From Mobula hypostoma (taxonomy: Eukaryota), in assembly GCF_963921235.1 (NCBI RefSeq), contig NC_086097.1, positions 40,240,001 to 40,304,000 on the forward strand: a stretch of DNA of 64,000 bases, written 5' to 3'. The notes under the pieces were generated by a model that saw only the letters and a list, made by a program, of their open reading frames with translations, ran no database searches and was not told the DNA's origin. Below, piece after piece: positions 11,201-23,425 of the stretch. Position numbers and translations under genes: made by a program. Each line of letters begins with the position of its first letter. Position 1 is the first letter of the stretch.

Positions 11201-12740
11201 ACTACACATTGCCTCTATTTTTAAACTAACTACCTCATCCTCAGCATTATCACTCCAGTGCCCATCTTCTGCCAAATTAGGTTAAATCTCTGGAACAGAG
11301 CTAGCAAACCTGCCCACAAGGATATTGGAGCAACACACATTAAATGCTAGAGGAACTCAGCAGGCCAGAGAGCATTTATTGAAAAATGTACAGTCAACGT
11401 TTTGGGCCGAAACCCTTTGGCAGGACCAAAACACCAACTGTACTTTTTTCCATGGATGCTGCCTGGCCTGCTGATTTCCTCCAGTATTTTGTGTGTGTTA
11501 CTCAGATATCTAGCATCTGCAGATTTTCTCTTGTTTGCAAGGATATTGGTCCCGTTTGGATTCAGGTGTAATCCATCTCTTTAGTACAGGTCGTACCTCT
11601 CCCAGAAGAGATCTCAATGATAAATAAATATGAACCCCTGCTCTCTGCACAAGTTCCTCAGCCACGCTTTCATCTACCAAATCATCTTTTTCTTACCCTC
11701 ACTGGTACATGGCATCAATCCAGAGATTACCACTTTGGAGGTCCTGTTTTTCAGCTGTCTACCTAGCTCCTTAAAATCTCTGTTCTCCTCACCTTTCCTA
11801 CCTATGCCATTGGTGCCAATATGTACCAAGACTTCTGGCTACTCCCTTGAGAATTCTGCAGACCTGATCTGAGACCCTGGTACCTAGGAGGCAACATAAT
11901 GTACTGTCCGGGTGTCTCTGTTATGCCCACAGAAACTCATCTCTGTCCCTCTAACTATGGAACCTCTTTTCAGCACTGCAGTCCTCTTCATCCCTCTTCT
12001 CTTCTGAGTCACTGCACCAGACTAGGTCACTGTGGCTCCCACCTTGTAAGTTGTCCCCCTCAACAATATCCAAAGTAGTATAACCTATTATTGAGAGAAA
12101 TGGCCGCAGGGATACTCTGCACTGGTTGTGCATTTCTTTTCCTTCTCCTGACAGCCGCCCAGTTACCTGCCTCCTACAAATTAGAGGTGACTATATCTCT
12201 GTAGCTCCTATCACCTCCTCATTCTCCTGTCTGAGCGGAAGGACGTCAAGCTGCAGCTCCAGTTCTTTAATACATTCTCTGAGGAAATGCAGCTCAGTGT
12301 AACTGGTGCAAGTGTGGTTATCCGGAAGACTTGAAGTCTCCCAGAACTCTGACATCTCACACGCAGGACAAAACACTGCTCCTGGAGCCACTCTCACTGC
12401 AGTACTGTGCCCTAACAGATGAGAAATGAAGAATTCAGAAGAAAAATAGAAACTTATGAGATACTTACCTTGCCCAAGGTTGATCTCACCCTAGCCTGAT
12501 TAGCCAAAGCCACTCTAAACACTGGCCCATTCACCACAATGGCCGTTCAAGACTTGCGCTTAAAATATTTTTGTTCACCTTTTCAAATGGATCCTGCTCA
12601 ATGGATCTTGATCAATGGATCCTTCTTCAACCTGCATTTTTTGGAGTCCAACTCCAAAAAACTGACGTGAATTTCTGTCTTTTTAATCTTGACTGTCCAC
12701 CTGATTTAAGAGACAGTGTCTGACGTAATGATGTCAGTGT
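8265..12740 (-). mobile_element. Near full-length degraded CR1 LINE (ORF1 and ORF2) inserted in env
   Basis: 3' tail at 8265; RT motifs QHGFLKEKSCLTNLLEYFEE and DFQKADDKVPH; ORF1 CPACEM...IKELELQLDVL zinc-finger/leucine-zipper region at 12191-12397. Confidence 0.92.
11329..11537. mobile_element. Short Penelope-derived palindromic element with 12-bp TSD
   Basis: caaggatattgg at 11317-11328 and 11538-11549; internal aaatgctagaggaactcagcaggcca versus tggcctgctgatttcctccagtattt. Confidence 0.85.
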
Positions 12741-12749
12741 AAGGTGCCT

Positions 12750-13592
12750 ATTGTTGGTTTGATTGTAATTGAAGTAAAGGGCTGCAGCTTTTGTTAAGCA
12801 CATAAAATGACTCTCACCTGTTTTCTTGACAAAATCCTACTATTTTCAGACAAGTCTTCAATTATTGCTGTGTATTCAGTTGCATGATGTTGTTGTCAAC
12901 AGGCAGAGGTAAAAAAAACAATTTTGCTCTAAACAGTTTTCATGATTTTTAACAAAATATTAGAGTGAAATTGCCTGCATTGACAGTGCACATTCTCACA
13001 ATAACACTGACCTGATCCTTTGGTTCACTCGGAAGGGAGAAATTTCTGATGAAAACATACTGCTATCAGAGGCTCACTCGCTTTTTAAGGTTTATAGAGG
13101 AAATGACTCTTTGGAGTAATTTGATCATTTAATCTATGTTGCATATCTCAAAACAGAAACACAAGTCCAGTTTTAAGGAATGATTTTTGATAGATGCAAC
13201 GAAGAATGTTCCATAAGGACTTGATATTCATTAACAATGACCAGAAGAAACTAAATTAAAATTGAACTTAATCAAATCGCAGTAATATTTCTCTGTATAT
13301 TATGAGAATAACTGAAATGACACAATAAAAAGTGAGAAACACCTCCTTTCACAAGTTTCCTTTCCAGACTCATTTTTCATACTAAACCTTTGACTAGCTT
13401 AACGCTCCAGTTGAAATGATAGCTAAGACTTTTCCAGCTGTTGCAAATTTAGCTTCTGCAGCAGCAAATTCAGTTCCTGGGTGTGTTGGCACTACTTTAA
13501 ATTGGACTTAGAGACGACTTTTTGCAGTTTTGCAGTGGAGAATTCCCTTAGCTATTGGAATTATTGTTTTCATATTCTTTTTGTTGAGATGA
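12750..13592 (+). pseudogene. env: Foamy-like env TM C-terminal part with membrane-spanning domain
   Basis: 13407-13592: PVEMIAKTFPAVANLASAAANSVPGCVGTTLNWT*RRLFAVLQWRIPLAIGIIVFIFFLLR*. The 12750-13400 part is assigned mainly by position. Confidence 0.7.
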
Positions 13593-14502
13593 AGTCTGCA
13601 AGGATGGAAGTGTGGTGACTTTTGTGTTTTGTACAGCAGTTCCACTCCTAAGGCTTCATTAACTTCCATACCTAACCTGCACTACTGTGGGTTTTATCTC
13701 ATATGGTATATACTTCCTCGTACTTGCCTTTTACCTATTCCTCTGGTTCATCCTTAATCCTAGAAGAGTGAAGAGCAGGGGCTGCCCTGATCCTGCTACC
13801 CTTGCAACTCTCCTTTACCTAGTTCTGATCACTAACGTGACACATGGGTATTAACTGGTCTAATAACACAATCCCACAGAAAGATGAGTATTCAAAGATT
13901 ATTTTTTTACTCATGTATTTGGATGTTGCATATTTACTTTGCAACATGGGTAACTTCATATATATGGTCCTTAACATTTTATACCTTGTAAATGCCTTGT
14001 TCATTGCTAATGATGATACTACTCTATCGTGGTTTACTACTTTGACTTTTAAAACCATCTGTCATATACTTTTTATACGTTGGGAAAAGAATTATCAGGA
14101 GGAGAAAGATCATTATCCCTGAGGAAGGCAATAGTCCTGATAGCCTTTTTACCTATTCTGTTGTGATTTCTTCAGAAATGATGAGGTAATCCTAGTACCT
14201 CTAAGGTCAATAAAGTGTTTTATTGTCACAAGGTAGAAATAATTAAATGTGCTTTACTTACTCTTTAGGTACAAGTATATTGTATGTGATACTCCAAGGA
14301 ACACTAAACCTACCAATACTCCTATTCATATTATATCTAATATTACATTTACATTAATAATTTGTAAATGTGGTTGATAAAATCCCATGGTTTGACAGAA
14401 CAGATTGAGTAGTCCTTGCTCAGTTAAGTTTTCTGGGAAAACATACAAGTTCTTATTTTGGTCCAATCCTTAACAAAGTAAAGGGGGAAGAAATGAACAA
14501 TT

Positions 14503-15120
14503 AAAGGTTCAAAGGTTAATTTATCATCAAAGTGTTCAACTCTGAAATTCTTCTTCTCCAGATAGCCACAAAACCAAGAAAGAAAAGAACAGCAGCACGA
14601 TCATCCACCGCCAAACCCTCCCTCCCTGCACGAAAGAAACAAATAAAAATGGAACAGGCCCATCAACCCCCAATCCCCCTCTCCTGCACACACAAAAAAA
14701 CTGAGAAATATTGGTTTAAAAAAAAGAATAGAGAAAACTGTAAGACTGAAAAAAGAAGTCTATAGTCCAAGTCCATTCCCTCTCTAGTAGCAGAGTGATC
14801 CTACCAGCGATCAAAAGGCAGTCTCCCCTCTCCAGAAGCAGAACGATCCCACCAGAGATCAAAAGGCAGGCAGCCAGCGCTCACCCTTTGCAATCACCTC
14901 AATTGTTTCAATCTCCCTCGTCACTTTAATAAGCGAACAGTGGAAGCTTTAATCAGCAAAATGGAGTCGAACATCGGCTCGCACCTCATATCACATGAGG
15001 TTTGTGCTCGCTGGCTCTGTCTCCTGGAATCCTCTCAGAGACTGTAGAGCGCTGAAACACCCAAAAGATCTCCAAACTGCAAATCGCAGGCTCCAACAGT
15101 CCAAAATCCCTTTCAATTAT
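14503..15120 (-). mobile_element. Non-autonomous non-LTR element with Rex1-type 3' end
   Basis: aaggttcaaaggttaatttatcatcaaagtg terminus shared with the 5508 copy. Confidence 0.6.
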
Positions 15121-15982
15121 ATGCAGAGTTCAGCATCACGAATATAGAGAGAAACTTGTATAGATGGTATGGTTGGTATGAGAATATTAAGGTACAACAG
15201 AGCAATGTGTGATCGCTCCAAGGGAGTGATATAACCACATCTTATGTTGTGATGTTCTTTTCTGGGAGCTTAGAATTAAAGGTATAGACAATTCTCTACA
15301 GGAGAACAGTACTCTTCCTGACTTTTGTGAATGTTTTTATGCATATCATTATATAGTGGAATTGTGTAGCTGATTGAGATAATTAAAATGTAAGATTACT
15401 AATCTTAAGGTAAAGAAGACAGCAGTACACAGTCAGTAATTTGTTTACAAGACTTGTTTTCAGGAAACTTGAGCAAAGTTATGCATCATATCAAAAGCAA
15501 ACCCATGTGAAAGAGATGAACTATCCTCATTTTATTGACAGACATGCCAGCAGACCTGATAAGCTAATGGTGGCAGAGACAGTAATTAGTACTTACAACA
15601 AGAAAATGCCAAGAACTGTATGTGGGAAAGAAGATTTTAAAGATTGACTGATATGGGCTAATAATATGGGCATTGATACATTGTTATTGCGTGTTTATAG
15701 AAGATTATTTTAGTAACGTTCCTTTGAGGTTTGGGAAATTTGTGCAGCAGAGATTGAGGAAATGAGAACTCTAAAGAAAAAATCATACAGGAACCCATAC
15801 TTTGGGCAATGCTTGATGCGTGGTTTGAGCATCAGAATGAAGGGAACCTTTTCTAGCACTGGTAACCTACTGGAATGGATGAAGAAGTGACAGTCAGTTC
15901 CCAAGAGGTGTGTTGACAGGTCTTGATATCGAAGTGATATCGGTAGCAAGAAGGTGGATTAGAAATCTTCACTTAGCAAGGT

Positions 15983-15995
15983 GGGGGGAGGGGGA
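15983..15995 (+). other. Candidate 3' polypurine tract of the provirus
   Basis: ggggggaggggga followed by tatgg (possibly decayed TGTGG), about 2.4 kb downstream of env. Confidence 0.3.
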
Positions 15996-18218
15996 TATGG
16001 TAAATATTCACTCCTTGGATACTTTGCTAACCTTGCTTTCGAAACACAGCATCTTTTAAAGTGGAACAGTTGAAAGTAAACTTCCAACTAACAATTTATT
16101 TAACTTCTAATTGTAAATGAAAGCCAGCCTACAGTTCTTAAAATGTGAATGAAAAGTATTCTTGAAAGAACAGCTTTGCAAATAGGCTCAGTATTTTGAA
16201 GACACTCTGTCTCTAAGAAGTCACTGTAGCTGCTTAATTATTGCTCGAGTAGAGTATGGGATAATGAGTTCGTTGATTTGGGTTATTTTAGGGCAGACAG
16301 GCTAACTCTTAAGTTGCTTAGCTCAAGGAAGCTCATAGAACATGTATAATATAATTTAGCATATCAATTACTGATGTGTTTATAGTTTGAAAGGTTTATG
16401 TACTCAAAGAAGTTAGCTTTACAGCATTAATACCAAGATCTATGTCCCCAAATGATGCTTTTAAACCATGTGTTGAAAGGATATCTGAGGAAATATCACA
16501 TGCTTATGAAGTCTCTCAAGTGGCTGAAAAGGGGTAGAAACATAGAGAGCACTTCAGGCTTGTTAGGAATTGAGCAAGCAACATCAAGAAACATGAAAGA
16601 ACTAGAATCCATTCATCCAGCTTTGGTTTCTGTCACAGGCACTTGTTAGTATGCATCTTTTGTATATCTTTTTAGATTACAGGAATTGTACTTGTTTTGG
16701 GAATCCTTTGTCCTTTTCGTGTTATCCTTTCTGTTTAAGGAATGCTTAATGCTTTAGATTTTGGAAATGGTTTGTGTTATAGAAATGATTTGTATTTTGG
16801 AAATGTTTTATAATGTTTCAAGTTTCAAGATAATAATTTGATAATTCAAGATAAGATAGAAATCCTCTGAGTTTTAAAAGTGTTTCAAGAATGCTGTTTG
16901 GATTTTATCATGTACCGCTGAAATTAAACGAATTGTGTTTTAAATTACTTTGTTACCTGGAAGCTTTTTCTCCTTCCTGGGGAAAGGGGACCCACTGCTT
17001 GAATACAGCTAAACTCAGCGTGGAGAATCAATAGGGAAGTAAATTAGTCTTTGAAGATTGGGTAGTTACTGTATAATCTCCCTTTAGTAAGAGTACTTGT
17101 GGCTATTTACTGTATATCCGATAGGGCTTAAAATCTTCATTTGGGTTTAAAACTTCACGGTCAGCAAGCCCAATACCATCATAATCAAATGACTTTTGGC
17201 GTGGATACCTAAGTACCTATTACAGAAAGTGGCTTCGGATATTATTGGATTTCATGATAATGAGGTTTGACAATTTATTTGCATCAGAATCCTATTTAGC
17301 AAATAAGTTAAATTCACTTATATTAAATTCCTTGAGCCAGCACTGAAAACACGATCCTGTGGTTAATTGAGATTTTCATATTGATGGTGGCTTTTGATCT
17401 TTTTATTCAGTACCTAATATATAAGTTGCACAGTGCACTTATAAACATGAATAACAGTACAATCTTTAATTACGAATGAGACCACTTGGGAAATTAGATT
17501 TTCATGTTGATGTGTCAGTTTTTTTAGTGATTAAGTGGTTAATTGCTTTACAGCTGAAAAGACATCTGTGTTTTTGGGAGCTGGTGCTGAAGTTAATCAA
17601 AGCAAGACTGGAGGCCACACATATTCTTACTACAGGAATGATTCTACTGTTAGAACAGATCAGTGGTGGTTTTTGAAGAGACCTTCTTTTCTACATCTCT
17701 TAAGATAAATGTAATTAATATGCTTAGTGGTCTTGGGTGCTGTCTTGAAAATTTAATTAAATATTGAACAATTAAAAATTAATATTTCTCCTGCACCTGC
17801 TTTTTGTTTTTCTTTATCCCTTTTGATCTCTATGTAGTCACATTAGTGATTTAGTAAACATTTACCTTCTTGATCGATTAGGTACAAGTTATATAAAGAT
17901 GAGGAATATACTCAAAGACTCTGCAGTTGTGATTTTTTTTGTTTCTGTTGAATCCTTCTGTAATATATTTTGAAAACTATCTGGAACAGTGTTTGAATAT
18001 GTGTGCCAGGGCCAAACTAATTTCTGTACCATTCAAACATTAGCACAGGTTTTGCAATCTTCCTGAGACTATGGGCTTGATGATAAAATTACAACTATTG
18101 CCCATAACCTCAGAATAAGAAGGTGGCCATCTCCTTCAATATTTGGATTCCCATGATGACTTCAGATAAGGAATTGCCACCCTATTGAAGATGAAAGGTC
18201 AACAGATATGAGTCCAAG

Positions 18219-18837
18219 TTAGACACATCAAAGTTGCTGGTGAACGCAGCAGGCCAGGCAGCATCTCTAGGAAGAGGTACAGTCGACGTTTCAGGCCAAG
18301 ACCCTGCGTCAGGACGAACTGAAGGAAAAGTGAGTAAGAGATTTGAAAGTGGGAGGGGGAGGGGGAGATCCAAAATGATAGGAGAACATCGACTTCTCTA
18401 ACTTCCGCTAATGCCCCACCTCCCGCTTGTACCCCATCTGTTACTTACTTTTATAAACATTCTTTCTCTCACTCTCCTTTTTCTCCCTCTGTCCCTCTGA
18501 ATATACCCCTTGCCCATCCTCTGGGTTCCACCCCCCCCCACTTGTCTTTCTTCCCGGACCTCCTGTCCCATGATCCTCTCATATCCCCTTTGCCAATCAC
18601 CTGTCCAGCTCTTGGCTCCATCCCTCCCCCTCCTGTCTTCTCCTATCATTTTGGATCTCCCCCTCCCCCTCCCACTTTCAAATCTCTTACTAACTCTTCC
18701 TTCAGTTAGTCCTGATGAAGGGTCTTGGCCCGAAACGTCGACTGTACCTCTTCCTAGAGATGCTGCCTGGCCTGCTCCATTCACCAGCAACTTTGATGTG
18801 TGTTGCTTGAATTTCCAGCATCTGCAGAATTCCTGTT
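18219..18837 (+). mobile_element. Young Penelope-like 3' fragment with inverted terminal duplication and TSD
   Basis: 18222-18387 is a near-perfect reverse complement of about 18637-18803; tgagtccaag flanks at 18209-18218 and 18838-18847. Confidence 0.9.
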
Positions 18838-19017
18838 TGAGTCCAAGGTAAGTTGGTTTAGGACTTGGATAGAAACTGGAAGGTGCCAACATGATCCTTC
18901 TTGCCGACCTTGCTGGTAGATATTGAAGGGTGTGAAATTCTGCTATGCCCTCTGCAGTGCCAATTTACCAGTGATGAAGGGCAGATGAATACTGTGATTG
19001 TTGACAAGAACACCTAA

Positions 19018-19490
19018 ATAGTAGTAGTAGTAGTAGTAGTAGTAGTGCAACTACTTGAGTTGAGTATGATGTTCTCCAAAGAAGTTGTCTATTGGTAGGT
19101 CCTCAGGTGGATTCCCTTAATGGTGAATGCCTCTGCACAACTCTGTTTCATGTGCTGAGGGTGATGCATATGCAACCATCACACTGTCCTTGACAGACTG
19201 GGGTCAGGAACCAAGGGCATAGAGTGCAAGACAACTGAGGACCCTTCACTGCTATTGTAATGTGTCATCAATTTCCACCAACTCCACTGTAGAGGTCTTG
19301 GTGGGATTGCTCTTTGCTTGGAACTTCTCCTTGATCTTACTGCCACATGTGACCCTACAGGAGCTAAGTGCCTCATGGCTAAACTCCAGACATCACTCTC
19401 AGGAACTCTCAGAAACTCTCAAGCCTCTCCACCAAGACAAGGTGATGATCTGAGAATCATCACCTTGTTGTCTTGGAGAGGCTTGTGTGT
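19018..19490 (-). mobile_element. Internally deleted RTE-type element with (TAG)n tail
   Basis: (TAG)n at 19018-19045; RTE-like 5' UTR motif accttgttgtcttggagaggcttgtgtgttcc near 19460-19492. Confidence 0.55.
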
Positions 19491-19911
19491 TCCCACCTAA
19501 ATTGTACTTTGACTGGAAGCACATCAATGTTGCATCATTGTCTCTTGGTCCAAATTCTGGGAATTCCATCCCCAACAGAGCTCTGTCGGAGTACCTTCAC
19601 AAGGACAGGAGTGTTGGAGCTCTTTCATGCTTTGGAATGACCATCTGGGGCAACAGTACCCTTCAAGCTCGGGCGCTCCTCCTCCCCGATTGTTAGTTGA
19701 TTATTTTGCCCTGTCTTGTTTCAGTGCACTGCCTGTGCCTTGTTTCTCTTCTCTATTTGTTCTCTCTGTTTAGTTTGCCTTTGCTCGGTCTTGTGTTTAC
19801 CCATCCTGTGTGTAGTGATTCTTGAGGCCTAGTCGATATTCTCAACAAACCAATCCACAAGTAAAGATACTTCTTTCAACTCTGTCCTTTCCTTTTTTCA
19901 ACCTGATTGTG

Positions 19912-19993
19912 GCTGATCAGCCATGATCACAGTGAATGTGATTACTGGCTCGAAGGGCCGAATGGCCTACTCCTGCACCTATTGTCTATTGTC
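19912..19993 (+). mobile_element. CR1 extreme 3' end
   Basis: gatcagccatgatc...ggctcgaagggccgaatggcctactcctgcacctattgtctattgtc. Confidence 0.85.
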
Positions 19994-20744
19994 AACCCCA
20001 CCCTCATCTCTAGTCTCCTCTATACTGGTCCACCTGGTCTAAGCCTCTCCCATTGATTGAAGAGACCATAACAACCCCTAATCAAACCCAGCCCAGCAAC
20101 CACCCCTGTTATTGCCCAATTACTGATGGGCAATAACTACCAGCTATACAGGTATTTAGAAAAATGGCTTGTCTTTGGTAACTGGAAACTCAAACATTTT
20201 TAAGGTATTGATGCTGATATTTTTTAACAATCTTTAATAGATTTCATTATAAAAATAGTCAAGCAGACATGCTTCCCCGTTGAATATTATGTGAACATCT
20301 CCAGGAATCATTGGCTTTATCAACATGATACATGTCCATCGAATTCACAGATCTTAATTTAGCAAGCCAAGTGAAACCACCTTTATGTCTTATTTTGCTG
20401 AAATATCAAGTTATTGATTATAGAAGGAAATCAAATAAAGTTATTTCACTGTATGAAACAATCCTACATGATGCACAGTGATTGAAAAGCCTTCTGTCTA
20501 AGCAGAATGAAAGATGAAGTAGCTTCAAAGTTTGATATGCTTGATATTACAGTGCAATCATTATACCCTGAGCCAAGCAATGCTGCAAATTTGTAATTAC
20601 TTTTGATAGCAGTCAGCCAATTGCTAGTCCACATTACTATATCCATTTACTTTGCTGTGCAAATGCAAAGACTTGAATTCTCTTATGGAATGAAAAACAA
20701 AGTTAATTTATATTGAGAGCATCAAACTACAATGGAAGAATTTC

Positions 20745-20890
20745 ACAAACAAAAGAAAATCTTCAGATGCTGGAAATCCAAGCAACACACACAAAATGCT
20801 GGTGAACGCAGCAGGCCAGGCAGCATCTATGGAAAGGAGTACCGTCGACATTTCCGGCCGAGACCCTTCAGAAGGACTGAGGAAGGGTCT
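20745..20890. mobile_element. Penelope terminal fragment
   Basis: gatgctggaaatccaagcaacacacacaaaatgctggtgaacgcagcaggccaggcagcatctatgg. Confidence 0.8.
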
Positions 20891-21105
20891 AGCTTTAACC
20901 CGTTCTCTAATTTACTGAATTGGATGAAAATAGGGTATCAAATCAGAGACAACCAAATTAATTATACCCTGACATGCCTTTTATACATGGATGATTTGAA
21001 ATTATGCACTCTTTCATCGGTAAAGCTAAAGCATTAATTCAGAGAGTAGGACTATGTTCTAAAGATATAAACATGAACTTCAAGGGTTAAAAAAATCTGC
21101 AAAAC
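20890..21105 (+). mobile_element. R4/Dong-clade non-LTR retrotransposon, RT core fragment
   Basis: NPFSNLLNWMKIGYQI...LTCLLYMDDLKLC...SKDINMNF. Confidence 0.8.
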
Positions 21106-23425
21106 AGAGCTCTATAATGGCAATGAGAGCACCTGAAGAGTGCCATCCAAAATGCAGCTGTCGAGGTAGTTGTGTACTCCTCAAGAAGAAACAGGGACTG
21201 CTTTGATTAAAATGATGTTGAAACACGGAACCTGCTCCAAAAGAAACACTCCTCCCAGCATTTGGTGCTGTCGAGACCCGACACCCAAGCGGCCAAGGCA
21301 GAATACAGAGCTTCATGCAGCACCCTGCGTGCCAAACTGAGTCAGATGCAAAACGATTGGTGGACTGCCCTAACAGAACGAACGCACCGCTATGCAGACA
21401 CCGGCAACATTCGAGGCTTCTACAAATTGTTGCCTGTAGTGTATGGTCTGACTCTTCAGGTTCAAGCCCCTCTACTCTCATCCAATGGCTCCAGCCTGCT
21501 GACGGACAGGAAGCCATCATGAAGAGATGTACAGAGCACTATGAGAGCCATTTGGGGGATAATCGTCAAGTACGAGAAGCATCCATTGAATGATTCCAGC
21601 ATGAGGTCAGGCTTAAGGCTGATGGCCCACCAACTCTGGACGAGGTCCAAGCTGCCACTTCCAAGCTGAAATGCCATAAAGCTCCAGGCATTGATGGGAT
21701 CCCAGTGGAAGCATACAGAATGGGTGGAGACATTCTCCTGAGCGAACTCATAAAGCTGATCACACGCTGTTGGGAGAAACGTTCAGTCCCAAATGAACTT
21801 TGCAGCATGTAATTGTCTCCCTATATGAAAACAACGGGTAGAAATTAGATTGCTCAAACTACAGAGGCATTACCCTGTTGTCCTCCACTGGGAAAATCCT
21901 CACCAGAATTCCCTTGGACAGAATCATCCCTACCATTACCGAATGCAACCTCACAGAGAGTCAGTGTGGATTCAATGTGAACAGCGGCATATCCAACATG
22001 ATCTTTGTCCTGCGCCAGATACAGGAGAAGTGTCGTGAATAGAACATGGGACTGTACGTGGAATTCATTGACTCGACCAAGGCCTTTGATACATTCAGCT
22101 GTGATGGTCACTGGAAGATTCTGTCGAAGCTCGGCTGTCCCATGAAATTCCTCACTATCCTACAGCAGCTCCATGAAGGCTAAAGAGGTCAGGTTAAATA
22201 CAACGGTGACAGTCTGACCCGTTCCCCATCAGTACTGGTGTGAAACAAGGCTGTGTTTTAGCACCTACGCTCTTTGCCATCTTTTTCAGCGTTATGCTGT
22301 GGGAAGCGAGAGGAACCACCTCGAAGAGCATCTACATTCAGTTCCGCATTGATGGAAATATCTTCAACATCGGCCGCCTTCTCGCCTGAACAAAATCCAT
22401 GCAGGAGCCCATTCTCGAGCTACTATATGTGGTGGATGGTGCTCTTCTCGTGCACACAGAGGATGCCGTACAGGCTGCAGTCACTCAGTTCATTGAGGCT
22501 GCAAGGGCTGTCAGGTTAACAGTCAGTCTGAAGTAAACAATGATCCTCCATCAGAAGCCCCCTCATGGTGTTTACAACCCAGCTCAGATCACCATTGAAA
22601 ACCATCATCTCACCACAGTTGAGCAGTTAACCTACCTGGACAGTGTCATCTCCAACAACACTACGGTAGTAAGGGACGTTGACAATCGACTCACCAGAGC
22701 CAGCAGTGCCCTCAGGCATCTCCAGAAACATGTGTGGAAGAACCATCAGCTGTGTTTATCCAGAAAAATCCAGGGGTACAGAGCTGCCGTCGTTACAACA
22801 CTGCTATACGGCTCCAAAGCCTGGGTCTTGTACCAGAAGCAAATCTGGTTGCTCAAGCACGTCCATCAGTGCTGCCTCTGCTCCATCATGGTATCACCTG
22901 GCAGGATCGTGTCTCCAATCACGAGGTCCTGGAGAAGGCTCAACTTCTAAGCACTGAAGCCACTTTGCTGCTCAAGCAGCTCTGCTGGTCAGGCCACATG
23001 CCTCACATGGACAACAACTGCAGATTATCGAAAGCAGTACTCTACAGAGAACTCTCTCAGGGCAAGAGAGATCTTGGTGCCCCGTGCAAGTGGTACAAAG
23101 ACCAATTTAAGGAGCAACTTTCTCAGGGAAAAATCGAAGTCAAGGAGTGGCAGCAGCTGGCTTATGACAAAGACTGCTGGAGGAGGCTGATTCACAGAGC
23201 AGCCAAGAATTTTAAGGATTCCGGAAGAATGGCTGCTGAAGAGAAGAGGAAATGCAGGAAGGATCCTACTACCCAAGTGCTCTCATGCCAGCTGTTTCCA
23301 CTTCCGCACTGCTCCAAACTCTGCAGATCCAGAACTGGCCTCCACAGTCAGCAGAGATTGTGGTATCTCTCCTGAGGACTCTTCTTCCCTCTTGATCTTC
23401 GCAAGCGAAGAACTGGCCATAAGTA
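21106..23425 (+). mobile_element. RTE (BovB-like) LINE, 5'-truncated and degraded
   Basis: KAPGIDGIPVE, NYRGITLLS, GVKQGCVLAPTLF, YRAAVVTTLLYGSKAW; C-terminal CSKLCRSRTGLHSQ. Confidence 0.9.

Noticed and set aside
18398..18892. 164-aa and 113-aa ORFs
   Set aside because: Low-complexity read-through of Penelope terminal repeats.
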